A stretch of DNA of 59,780 nucleotides, filler included, from Bipalium vagum (Eukaryota), in the NCBI GenBank assembly GCA_037834085.1. It is 3 parts of 3 records of this genome, joined end to end, with 100 filler letters (N's around TTAATTAATTAA, not from the genome) between each part and the next. Parts side by side here need not be neighbours in the genome. Positions count along the whole stretch, not along the records: positions 1 to 20,782 come from JBBMKC010246990.1; 2 more parts are not named here. One strand, written 5' to 3'. The stretch's first letter is position 1; every line of letters starts with the position of its first letter. The position numbers and the translations under genes are program-made. The notes beneath the pieces were generated by a model, which did no database searches, had not been told where the DNA came from, and saw only the letters and a program-made list of their open reading frames with translations. Shown one piece after another: positions 1 to 13,814 of the stretch.

Positions 1-77
1 AAATTAATTAGACTTGAAATATTTTGATTATTAGATTCAATGCAAAAATACGAAAAGACTTTTTACTCAACCCAATA
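1..77 (+). mobile_element. 3' end/TIR of a mariner element
   Basis: cgaaaagactttttactcaacccaata, a mariner-type terminus ending in TA. Confidence 0.5.
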
Positions 78-1953
78 AATGTATTGATTTTATTATTTAA
101 ATCAATTTCTATTTTGATATATTATTTTGCGGACATGTATAAGCCGTAGTATAATAATTTTTGTAATGATATTTTTTTATCTTATATAACCGTGGACTGT
201 TATTATAATCGAAAAAGAGGGTAAAGATTATCGATATATTAAAATTTGAACTATTAAGTTAAATTCACAAATTGATTTGTTTCTTTTTTTATTTGTAAGC
301 TTTTAATATGGACGATCGGGACACACGTATTTGAGACAGTTTTCACTTTTCTATTATTGGAAAGGAGAAAAACACATCAAAATGTTGCAAAAAATTGTAA
401 GAGTAAGGAGAGAGGATACATGAAAAGAATGGAAATGCCGCAATTGGTTTGTGAATTTCAAATTTTCCATTCAAAGCAATTTGAAGCATATGAGGTTGTG
501 AATAAACTCGAGTTATGGGTTGTTTTCCGACTTAAGAAAAGTCACATTACACAACGCTTTGAAATCTGCGACTCGCTTATTAAATGCCATTTGAGTAACC
601 GGTGATGAAAAATGAATTTTCTACAATAATGCTTATCGAAAAGATCATGGTACAAGTCAGAGAAGTGTAGACCTGGGATTATCCAAAGCTGATAATCATC
701 AAAAGTGATGGAATTATCAAATAATCTTATATACTTCAAAATTTTCTGAAGCCCGAAAATCACATTGATTTTTTACATTGATTAGTTGACAAAATTGAAC
801 ATGGAAATCCAATTAAAACTCCAAAATTAGACAAACCGTAAAGACATTGTTGGCTCAATATTGTTATTATTATTATTTTTTTAATTACCCATTATCATTA
901 GCAAGATTTATTATTATTTGTCTTTATTTTAGTAATAATACTATCGATTAACCCATAATAATGGAATCATTCTCCATTGAATTTAGTGAAAGGTATTTTG
1001 TGGACCAAATAAGATTTCGACTGACTTTTGGCATTATTAACTGGTTGAGAACACGACTATTTCCATCTGCGAAATGTCTTTTAACTCTGCTACCAACGAG
1101 TCACAATCGCTAAGTTTTGATACAAAAATTGGGAAAGTGCGATTTTTCTGCAGCTGTGCAACCAAAGTGCGATCGTTGGGTTCCAAAATGTGCAGACCAT
1201 TATTTGTGTGTACATTTCAGCGATATCAATTTTTGGATTTTGTCCGATAACTAAACTCGAGAACGCGGTGGATCCGAGGGGGTGGGAAAGTAGAACGGAA
1301 AATATATTCATTTAAAATTATTAAAAATACTACGGAAACCACCATATAGGAGTCGCATGTGACACCTGAATATAATTGAAGAATGATAGAAATAATAAAA
1401 GAAAAAAAATAAAAAAAATATGATAATAATAAAATTTTTTCAATATTTAGTGTGTCAAACTTTAAGCCTGACTCCAACTCTTAGCTGGTGCCAAATAAGA
1501 ACAATCAATAAAGCAATAATTTGTATTTATATCACAAGGCACACACAAATCACAATGATAACAATAATACAAAATCGTCAAACTCACCAAAATAGCAATG
1601 CCTAGAATGTTTTGTATAATGTCAATTAATAAAATCAATGTTAATTAAAACAATCAATTAATTAAAAAAATTACACTAAAATAATAATAATAAAAATGAA
1701 TAAACGTGAAAGAAAATGAATAATAAAGAAAAACAAAATTACAGGGTGTCTTCGTTTAAACTTCCGAACTATCAGCTGAGCCTTTATAGTTGCTCAGAGA
1801 TGCCTCTCGAAAATCGATTTCTTACTTCACACACAAACACAGTGTATTTAAAGAAATAATCCCATATCTGAAAAAAATAAAAATAATTAACATGTGTATT
1901 GCGTTACGGTTTAAAACTCGTTCCGGTGTAATTTTTCATTACAAAATTATCAG

Positions 1954-4900
1954 GCGAGCAACTTCATCCGCAGCAGTCTGGCCGTGGAACTTTTCCCCAA
2001 TGAGCAGCGCAAATTGCGACACCTTTTCTTGTGTTCCGGGATGGTTATTTGTGCCAGACAAAAGCTCCAATTAGACTCCAATTTCGTCCTGAAACATTCC
2101 AACCCGCCAGCAGCAGGCACAGGTCTGCAGGCACCAGGAGAAAAAAGCTGCCTTCATAAAGCATTAGTGGAACCTAAGCCGATCGAAAGGTTTGAAGTGA
2201 AATGGTTTATTTCTCTGAAGAGCCTGGTTTTCCATTTTTCAAAGAATATTGAAAGTAATTTGTCTTCTTTTTCCAATGCACATTTATCACATTTCCTAGG
2301 TGAAAACTTTATTCGATAATAAATGAAAAATAATAATAAAAAAAATAATATAAAAATAATCAAAAAAAATTAATAATAAAAATAAATAATAATAATAATA
2401 ATAATTTAATTAATTAATATTTAATAAATAATAATTTTTAGAAAAATATTATTCTCTTATTTTATAACATTTTCTAAAAAGTTTTTTCTATTAATATTTT
2501 TTATAATCGATAATAATTAATAATTTGGATAATTATTGAAAATTAATTATATATATAATTATAAATAATAATTAATTAATATTATTTTTTCATTATTTTT
2601 AAAAATATAATAATATTATGGATTTATATAAATTAAATTACTGATTTAATTAATTAATTTTCAGAAAATAAATTAATTTTATAATTTATTAAAATTTATA
2701 TTAAATGAAATTTCATTTTATATACGGTCGCAGTTATAATGGTAATAATTATTATTTATTATTATTATTATCATTATTTTTATTTTTATTATTATTATTT
2801 ATTATTATTATATAATATTCTATATTACTATTATTATTATTTTAATTCTTATTTATTATTGATTATTATTATTAAAATTGTTATTTTTTCATTATGAAAT
2901 TTAAATGATATTAAATTACATCCCACCAGGTTGTGACAGAAGGAAAACCGAGATTGCAATTCTCAAAGATAAGATCAGAGATCTGAAAGTACAGCTGATC
3001 ACAGAAAAAAATAAACTCACCGTTGATGTTAGTTTCAAAATTTATTCTTAATTATTTTTTNNNNNNNNNNNNNNNNNNNNNNNNNNNNNNNNNNNNNNNN
3101 NNNNNNNNNNNNNNNNNNNNNNNNNNNNNNNNNNNNNNNNNNNNNNNNNNNNNNNNNNNNNNNNNNNNNNNNNNNNNNNNNNNNNNNNNTATATCTATTT
3201 TATTATTACATGAATATTATTTTTTGTTCATTTCGATATTATTATTACACAACAGATTTCTCCATCATGTTCCGACTTCATAAGGGTAATTACAAATATT
3301 CTTCATAATGAAATAAAATAAATAATAACTTGATTTTTCCCCTTCTCCATAAAACTGACGATTGGTTTTCATTTTGGAGCGAAGGGTAACCAAGATTTGT
3401 CAAACAGAAGAGACAGTCCTGTCATTGATTAACGGTGATTCCTTGGAGGGGTTCAATCAATATATAATTTTTTAAATAATTGATTATAAGAATATTGATT
3501 TATTCGAGATTAAATTATTTTTAAAGTTTTAATTTTAAGTTCGGGTTGAGTTTTGGTCAGTTATATGAAAAAATTTTTATATCGCAAATTATTACTGTGT
3601 CCCAAAAGCTCATTGTCACTTTTTGAAATTGTAATATTTAAAGGTAAATTGTTTAAATATCTGTGGATCATGTTTTTTTTGGACCGACTCGGTCAAAAAA
3701 AATACTTGATGAGTATGTCTTGTATTCTGTGCTGCCCAAGATTGGTGAAAAAGAGAGAAATAAACTAAGTGAAGATCAAAAAGAAATATGAAAAAAAGAT
3801 TACTTTTAAAAAGGTTACTTTTTTTAATGGACACATTTGTTTAGAGGAACTTTGAATTTAACATCTTTTTTGTGGTTGTTGTCCTGTTTCTGTGATATGT
3901 TTTATTATTTGACGTAAGGCATAGGGTTGTTTTCTCGGAATAAACGAATGGGTGATGTGCATGGTGAGTTTGGAAATACAACCTCTAGAGTCAGATAAGG
4001 TCAAGTGTTTGCTGTTCCGAGTTGGTTTGATGTTTGAATTGGTTTGTTGTTTTGTCTTGGTATGATGTATTCGGAAGGACGACCGGGGGTGAACACCTGC
4101 GCAGCCGATGAAGAGCCGAACCAAGTAAAATTTTCCTTCATATTTACTGTAAGCACACCCCTAGCCAGCCGATGATTGGCGATAAACAAGCTCAACACCA
4201 AACAGGGACACAAATGGCAGAAAAAGAAAATCGTGCAAAAATTAAAAAAACAATGGAGAGATTAATAAAATAAAGAGTTTAATAAAATAAATATTGATTT
4301 TTTTAAAAAATGGTATAAAAGTGTTACTTTTTTTAATGGACTCATTTATTTAGAGGAACTTTGAATTTCTCAAAAAAGGATTTTCTTCTAATAGAAAAAT
4401 ATCTATTGTAATTTATGCAATTTTTCGTTTAGCAGCGCCATAAAACACAATCAGTAATAATTATAGTAATAACAGACTGTTTTCCCTTTAAAACATAATC
4501 GCATAGGACGGAAACCCATCACCATGCTGCTTATTGATTTAATATTCATTTCTTTAATATCAACATGAAAAAATTCAGATCGATCAAAAAAGAGACTTGA
4601 TAGTCATTTCGGTCAAAAATTAAACATGATTCGCCTAATAATAAATTAAACATATTTACTGTTAGTTTGAAAAGGCACGATATCAGGTAATATTTGCTGC
4701 ATATATTGATCTAATATTTTTTTCTTAGTATTATCGAATAATATGAATGAAGTTGATAAAAACTGTACTGCTCATATCCTTTTACTCTGTTATTGGAAAA
4801 AAGGATTCGGTGCCAGATCTGCTGCAGTTGAAATATGTGAGGTTAAGGGAGGCAAATTTTTCAGGAAAAGCGCAGCTGTCAAATGGTCGGGTAATACGAA

Positions 4901-7900
4901 TCTTAATGATGAGTCACGTTCTAGAAGACTCTCAACAGTTTATTCCCAAGCAATTATGTATTATTTGGAAGAAAATCCTTGTCTCAGTGTCAGAAGACTT
5001 TCAGATGAAGCTCAGAGTCCGAAATCTTTAGAACACCGCAAACGTCTGTTTCATGGCAAGAGAAACAAGAGATGCAAAGTAGTACTGTATGACCAGATTC
5101 CCGAAAAAGTGGAAAAACGTTTGCAAATATATAAACAATTCCTTCCTTGAAAATTATGAAGGATTTCTAAAAACCATCGTTACCTGGGATGAGAAATGGA
5201 TGTACTCTCGGAATCCAGACTTGCGAAATCAGTGGTTAAGCCCTAATCAGACTCTCATATTGGTTGCCAAACGACAACAGTTTGAACACAAGGTTTTCTT
5301 GTGCGTTTGGTGAAATTACGAGGTCCCAATACACTTTGAATTGGTTCCAAATGGACGTATAATAACAGCTCAGTCTTATGTTGAGCAGTTGCAATGTATG
5401 TATGAAATCTTTCGTTCCATGGCTCATTAGCTGCAAGGGAAAAGTTTTCAGAATGTGGAAGAAGTGAGAACCGGTATCATTGAATTTTTTGTATCAAAGT
5501 CCAAATAGTGGTCCGTTATCGCCCAATAATATCATATTTATCTGCAACGTGTAGTTAAAGAAGCCTAGAACTCTATTTGTCACGAGTAGTTTGACATCCC
5601 AAGACTCGTAGGATAAGAACAAAAATCATAAATAGTATTTCTCTAAAAACCTACAACTAGGACACACTCCAATATCCGCTGCTCCGGCATATTGGACGAT
5701 ATACTTGAGGGTAGGAATGTCTATCCATGCTCCTTATCTTCGTGGCATACTAATGCCCAATAGTATGGAGGGTGAAAAGATAATGAAGAGGAATGGTTTT
5801 TTTAAACGTATTTTTATGGTGCTGAGTGATGCATAAACGATTTTTCTGAAAGGATAAATCCTGAGAACCTTATACATATTCAAACACCAACAGATTATTC
5901 CGAGGAATAATGAAGAATGTTCTTTCCTTTTCTTTAGAATCTATGATATAATTTTGAAGTAGGACATAGGGTGTATAGTCGAATGGGTGAGGCGAGTTGG
6001 GAATTCTACTTTCTAGACTCAGATAAGATATTTTTATGCTGTTGTGATTCTTTTTGGATTTTGTCTGTTTGTTTGGTAAGTTGGGTAAGTTTCCTAAGTC
6101 GAAGATGGGCAAAGATTTGTGCAGCTGAAGAATGACGAAAAATACCAACACCAATGAAACAAGACGATGACTGGCAAGCAATCAGATTAAAGCCAATAAA
6201 AATGTTGATGGGAGTAAAGAAGAAAAAAAACGGATTCAAGTCAAAAATTACAAATTAAGGTGACAGAAAAGACTTTCACAAATAAAGTGTTGATTTTTTA
6301 AAAAGAATTAACCGGGAGATGGTTAAAGACAATTAAACACATATTGCAGTGACCACGAACTTTTGGGACATCCTAATACATAAAAATAATAATAAATAAA
6401 TATATAACTAATAATAATCAAATAATAATAAATAAATATCAATAAAGAATAACAACAATAATAATAATAATTATTATTATTATTATTTAATTATTTTAAC
6501 TTTATAAAATACTGTCAAGTATCGATTGACCTTACTTACACTCGAAAATTAAATTTTTCAATCAAAAATAAACCGCTGAAATTATTTTAAAAACGATTTT
6601 GACACATTTTTTTGTTTTAATCAACTGAGATCAAATCTTCGCTCAGAGTTCTCTTTTTTGCGCCTTCGTTTGCATATCAAACATTGAAAAATAAAAAAAC
6701 GAAAATCGATCAATCAACACAGCTTCGTTTTTAACTCAGTAAATCTTTTGCCTATATTTTTATGTTTCGACAGTCTTTATTGCCATGCGCATTTTTTTAT
6801 AAAATATCATTGTTGAATATTTTGTAAAGATCCATTCCCAATCTTCAAAAGGTCTTGTGCGATCCAAGTCAAATGTAAGTGCGAAAACATTGTTTCCTAA
6901 ATGTTAATGCATCGGTTTTCTTTGTTTTGTGTTCTGTGGAGTTTATTTTATATTTTGTTGGATATATTGGTGCATTTTTATTAATCTCCTCAATACACCG
7001 AAGTAGAACTTATATGCGGCGAGCTGCCTATATTGTATTATTATTATTATTATTACTTTTTTGCCTCTCACAAATTTACAAACAAATATAATTATCAAAC
7101 CACGGTTTTCCGTTAGGTGCTCGATGTTGTATTATGAACCAATTAAACCACAGTATGCATCATATTATTAAAACCACAACGTTTTTTCATGTTTTTAAAA
7201 TTTATCTTAACTATGAAAAGTATTTAATCAATATTTTTGTGAACAGTGTTTCTTGTTGATCATAAATTTAGTGTGAGAAAGAATTATAAAAAAATTGTAA
7301 TTAACAATATTACCAATATTTTCAACTAGTAGGACATCGATCACTTAGCATCAATTAACAAACGCTTAAGCATACTGTCAATAGATCTGTGGAGCATCTC
7401 ATAAAAGTTTTCATTGTGGAACCAGATCCTGTCGATGCTACTGATGAGATTCTTCTTCGTTGTGTGAGTCATCTCGTGCAGAATACTCTTCATAATGCCC
7501 CAGATATTTGAAATAGGCTTCAGATCCGATGAATTCCCTGGCCAGACATGACATTGACATTGTTAGAAGACAAAAAATTGGAAACAACTTTGGCTTTATG
7601 TCAGAGTGCGAAATAATGCATGAATGTGCAGTTAGAAGTCGATCCGAACCAATTTTTTATCAGTGACAACAACTGTGGCCTCAGGACTTCTAGATATTGT
7701 AATTTTGTTCATCATGCCATCGATCACATAGAGACATCTGGCGCCTTTAGAACTGATAAAGCGACAAACATGACCTTGACTGGATGCGTAATGGTTTTTG
7801 TTACCGGTGGTGGACTATCCGGTGTTTGCTAGACGTTTTTCTTGTTAGCTGATTGACAATCAAATATACTTTCATCACTGAAGCACACCTTCCTCTAGAT

Positions 7901-10900
7901 ATCAACTGGTCTAACAACGAACTGATGAGCAAACTTAAGAGGCTAGGCTTTCATAATTGGAGTCAACTTGGGCTTCTTCATAGGATTCATAGATTTGCAT
8001 CCTAATATATTGAGATGACGCTGTGTTGTACGTACAGAAACATTAACTCACCTCTCTACTAATTGTCCTTTGACCTGATTAGCTTTCAGAATCTTGTCTT
8101 GTCATACGGGCAGTAGCACGATCATCTTGACTTAATGTCATCCGCTTTGGGCCACATTTGTCGAATCTAGATTTCATTACACTCGAATGATGAATATTCC
8201 ATAAGGTGGCTTATAGAGAAATGATCTGTACGTAAAATATCTGAACCAGGCCAACATTGGTGGAGCTTAAATCTTTACTTTTACTCATGCTTAATAATGA
8301 GGGAATCGATAAAAGTGATAATTTTATTAATAATCAGTCAATCATTCAAAAAAATTAAGATACCTTGAAAATATATGACAAAAACCAATGGTTGTAATAA
8401 TATGACTCATACTGTACGTTGGCCACGTGTGATCTGACTGTCATAACAAAATTTGAATTCGTTTATATATTAGGTCATCCCAAAAGTTTTTTTGTAATCT
8501 TGCAAGACTACTAAAAGTACAAGGAATATATTGATGTAGATTTTGTTTTAACAAAATTGATTTTTTATCGATTTCTTAGATATAAATATAAAACAATGTT
8601 AGACTTAAAAAATTTATATTTGTTATTCTGTCTTTTCAGAAATGAAAGTGCAATTCGACCACATTCGACATATTTTGTTGTAAGAATTGAATAAACACAA
8701 GAATTCGACCACAGCAACAAAAACATATGGAAAATATACAGAAAACCAATTATTAGTGTTAGTCGATCGAAATCATGGTTAAACAAATTTCGATCCGGAA
8801 ACTAAAGTTTTTAGAATGCGAATCGCTATGAAGAGCCAATGGAATGCGATGAAGATTTATTCAAGATCACAGTTGAGCAGAATTCAGTTGTAACCGATGA
8901 AAAATTTTCTGAGATACTTGATTCAACGAAATCTACCATGTATCATGAGTCTTTTTTTCCGTTGAAGTAAAAGTGGTGCATAAAGAGTTACCGATTTGTT
9001 ATCAAAGAAGGAAAAGAAAGTATTTCACCGCAATGTTAAAAGACAAAGACCGTGAATTTGACCTATGGCAACCCAGATATCTCAGTCAAAACAAGGTGTT
9101 CATGCATGAAACATTTTATTAAGTATGTTTTGGGATGCAGATGTAGATGGAATTATTTATATAAGGAGTGATTCGAACAATTATTTTGTTTGTTATATTC
9201 TTTTTAATAACCAATCCCAACCAAATCAAAATAAAGAAATATAGTAATCATCTTGATAGCTTGAATCAGGCACTGAAAGGAAAGCGACCAGCTTTAATTA
9301 GCAGGAGAAAGGTTCTGTTTCATGAAAATAGCGCATGCATGCATGTTGAAAAGGCTACGTTAGGAAAACTGAGAACCTTAGAATTGGAAATAATGACTAT
9401 TCCACCGTTTTCGCCGGAAATGGCCCCTTCAAATTATCAAATGTTCCAGAATCTATAACAATTTCCCATGGATAACATGGAGGAGGTACAAGCGGTACTG
9501 AGTGGGTTCAAATTGAGTCGAAAGCAAAGGAATTTAAAGAAAAGTTATCGGATGTTTATCGAGAGATGAGAAAAAGTTTTCAGAAAGAAAGGAAAATATT
9601 TTTAAGAAAAATTAAAATTAAAAAAGAAAAACAAGAAAAAATCGCATAACTTATGGGATGACCTAATCCGTACCTTAACAAGTTCGATCAGTCCTCTGAT
9701 TACTTGAAAAATCACTTTTTCGATATCAAGGTTTCTAAAACTTTTTCGAGTATGAAAATGAAATAATCCGGGGATAATTTCCCGCCATTTTTAAATATGA
9801 TTTCTCGCGAGGCCTACCCCAACAACGCTGAGTCGATCAGGCTAGATCAACTTTGGCGGTGAAGGTCGCACAAAATCGCTTTTAAGGAATTTGACACTTT
9901 TCCCTCTCGGAGTACATTCGACCAACAGCACATTTTTAAAAATATATCGATTAATTTTAATTCTAAAATGTAATTTAGTTTTATTTAATAATTTATTATT
10001 TTTCAAATTAAACAACAAGTAAATTATATTATGTTAATATATTGATGATAATAATATTTAATAATAATTTTTATTAAAATTATTTTTTTAACAATTATAA
10101 AATTATTCAATTTTTAATNNNNNNNNNNNNNNNNNNNNNNNNNNNNNNNNNNNNNNNNNNNNNNNNNNNNNNNNNNNNNNNNNNNNNNNNNNNNNNNNNN
10201 NNNNNNNNNNNNNNNNNNNNNNNNNNNNNNNNNNNNNNNNNNNNNNNNNNNNNNNNNNNNNNNNNNNNNNNTTTTGTTAATTTTATATTTTTTTTTATCA
10301 ACGATCATTTTTTATTATTTATTATAATGATAATAATAATAATTATTATTATTCAATATAAAATTTAATAATAAAATTATTATTATTATTATTATTATTT
10401 AATATAAAATCTAATAATAAAACGATGTTTAATTAATTTCAATTTATTTGTTGTTCATACTATGTGTGTTACTTATTGATTTTTTATATTTTGTGTAGTG
10501 CTATGAATTGATGTTTTATGCTGAGATGGAGATGAAAAAATAATAATCAATAATAAATAAATAATAATATTTTTTGTTAATTATTAGTTAACTACTCAAA
10601 ATTTCATTTAATAATAAATTATTATTATTTTCATAAAGAAAAGACTATTTTTATTTGAGATATTAAAAAAGTTATTTTGATTAAAATATGATTTCAATGT
10701 CGTCTACTCAAATGTTTTCGTGTCATTCATTCCTCAATGCTTTATTAAACATCTGGAAAACTTTTTCTCAAAGACATTTCTAAACTTTCCTGTTTTCTGG
10801 GATAGGTTTACAATTTTCCATCAAATCCTTTGATACAGAGAAAGCCAACCATGAAACTAACTTCTCCCAACTTAACGCCCCGGGTCGTTTATCTTTATAA

Positions 10901-13772
10901 TATTAGATCCATATAACCCAATTTCTCATTTTTTCGAAATCTCTTTCATAGTTAAATATCTTTCGTGAAAGACTTTCTGTAATTATCAGAGTCCATCACA
11001 ATTTCCATGGTAATGTACGTGCCTAGATGATTGGTCTATAAAGTTACAAGAGGTTTATCTCTGCGCTCACCAACTCCATCGAAGGAAGTGTAAATAATAA
11101 AAGAACCACGCATAAACAAAGCGATTAACAAAAATAAGGAATATTTGTTATCATAATTGTACGGTTAGATCTTCGATACACAATCAATATTCACAAAAAC
11201 AAATTAATAGTCATTTAATTAATTAAATATCTTCTTGACTTTCTGTTTCCGAAGAAGTCCAATTAACATAAATGCGTATTCTGTCGCCTAGACCAAAGCA
11301 GAATCGAATGCGCGAGAGAACAAAAAAAAGAATAAAAGAAAATATTAAGAAGTAGTTGACGAGAGAATTTCCTTCTATCACTAAATAAACGTTAATTAAT
11401 TGATTATTTAATTTAATTCTATTGGTTAAACACTTTTGAAATTAATACAAATTCCTTACCTTTATTATTATTACCGGTGTCTTAACAGCTTATTTCAATA
11501 GATATCAAATCGTATTCTAATTTTTAAGGGCCTTTTGAATATGAAAACCAAGTGTTTATATACTGCTGTTTTCCATATTCCTGATAATTTGATTGGCTCT
11601 ATTTTAAATTTCTAATAATAGAGTTATTAGTGCTATCTTAGGTAAGTTCTTATATTATAGAACTTCCTAATAATAAAGTTATATGTGTGTGGTTACTATT
11701 TTAATTAAGTTCCTAGTCACTTTTCAAATGTTACCCCAACCTTCTCGATTTTCAAGGTTATCTTTGTCTTGTTTTCTATTTTCACTTATTGGGAATTTGT
11801 TCGTTGAGAGTCTGATAATGTGTATCTCTACAGATCTTTCGGCGGAATTCATTCCATTTTTGTTTTACATTGTACAGTTAAAACTAAACTTTGTGTCCTG
11901 TAAAATCTTGGTTCAACTTTCCATCTTTAAGTTAAGTTATTTTTCATCAAATTGATTTTGTTCTCTTTCCTCTTTCTTAGTGTTATTTAATTAATGTAAT
12001 TAGAATAGCATAATAATAGGCTGCTAAGTAATAAATGTGCGTTACAAGATTAATTTTATGTTGAATACATTTGCCATATCGATTTTTTTTGCCAATGGAA
12101 TTTAAAAGATTTGTTATGGTCACGTGGCTGCATTTGGATCTCTCAGCAAATTCTCGATTAGTTTGTTGAAGATCTGTCTCCATGATGTCTGTACAGTCAT
12201 CATAACCTATCGTTTCAGAAGGTCGTCAATGCTGATCATCTTTCGTAGCAACATTTCCATGTTTAACTTGTTGAAACCATCTTCTATATTGACTGTTACT
12301 AATAATAATATCACCAAGACACATTGAACATTTTTCGGTATGATTCTGCGGCAGTCTTTCCTTGTTTGAAATCATACTTCATAAAAATGCGCATTTCCTA
12401 TTTTTGGTCACCCATATCTCTAAGCTTACTTTCCCGCTGAAAATGAATGAAATGAAAGGTAACATTGACAATGAAATAATATAAATGAGACAAATAGACA
12501 TAACAAAATTTAAAATGCGCGGTTGTTTGGTTGTTTATCCAATAATAAATGTTATTCATTAAAACGCGCATTTCTAACTTGTAACAACCTCGTACAATTT
12601 TGTTTTATGTCATCTATTAAAATTTTTTTATTTTTAAAAATATTATTAAAAGATTTATTAATGAAAAAAAAATTTCTCCTTATTATTTATTTTATTTTTT
12701 CATCTCTTTAAATGTGTCAAAATATGTAGCGTATTTTTCAATTTTTTTACATCGAAACCAATTTTCCGTGCACATTCTTTAAATTAATACAAAAACGGCA
12801 CAAATATAAAAAGGATATTTTAAAAAAAAAAGATTTAACAAATAGCCACGGTCTTCATTTCTTCAATTTGTATTTATTTAATTATTATTTATTATTAATT
12901 AATTAAAAAAAATAAAATTTATTTCTCTATTTTTTAAAAATAAATAAATATTATGATATTAATAATAATAAATATAACTAATAATAATAGTAATCATTAG
13001 TAGCAATAATTAAAAGTAAATAATATTATGATTAAAAAAGACGAAAAAAAAATTAATAATTTTTTATTGTTATTTAATTTTTATAATTATTGATTTATTA
13101 ATTGGTGTATAATTTATTGAACGAATTGTATTAAAAATTTTCAATAAACCTCACATAAAAAATCGTTATATTTTTCACATTATCGATTTCGAAAGGTCGA
13201 TTTCCCTTCTGAATCGAATCGGACATTTTCGATTCACATTTTTTGTTTTAATTATTTCATTCTCCGGGAAATGTATTTTCCTTTTGTCCGGTTCCATGAT
13301 TGTTTCTGGCGCTCAATGGGGACAGCACTCATCTTATCTTTTGTAGAACTTTTCTTTTCGAAAAATGAGGATCAAGAGGGACCTGGACAGGATCAGCAAC
13401 CAAATCCTGAAAATAGTAATCATTTTAACATTAAAACAAATGACCTTCTTCGATGTTGCAGCAAAAGGACTTATTTTTGATATCTCCCTCAATCACATTC
13501 ATTGTCAGCAATGGGCCGGACAAGCCCCGCACTTTGCTGGTACCGTCTGTGAAAGATCTGGAAATGTGGAAATCGGAAATTCTCAAAGCTCAGAAGGACA
13601 AAAAGCTTTTCGACTGCTCCGGACTGTCTTTGGCTTTTGTCAATAACATCGTCGACGGCTATCGAAAGGTAACTCATTTCTTGGTGGAACGACATTTGAT
13701 TGAATTTAAATACCTCCGTTATTCAGCACCCTTCCATCATCGCTGTGGCCAACAATCCTTTATTGCGTTAGT

Positions 13773-13814
<42 letters not shown>

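Larger units (their letters stand above)
3590..6378 (+). mobile_element. Decayed mariner transposon with nested insertions
   Basis: Imperfect TIRs (tattactgtgtcccaaaagctc at 3590; gaacttttgggacatcctaata ending 6378); transposase 4743-5500 with HTH region, IVTWDEKW, KVFLCVW. Confidence 0.8.

Noticed and set aside
1745-1868. In-frame TAA codons in a VWA-like reading (YGIISLN..*..EASLSNY..*) suggesting stop-codon reassignment
   Set aside because: Cofilin ends at TAA at the expected position, and a 44-nt intron in another frame explains the region with the standard code.
6123-6145. ctgaaga-atgac-gaaa hammerhead-ribozyme-like core (and ccgatga..gaac at ~4105)
   Set aside because: No stem I or III pairing and no NUH cleavage triplet could be built; copy A breaks the conserved core.
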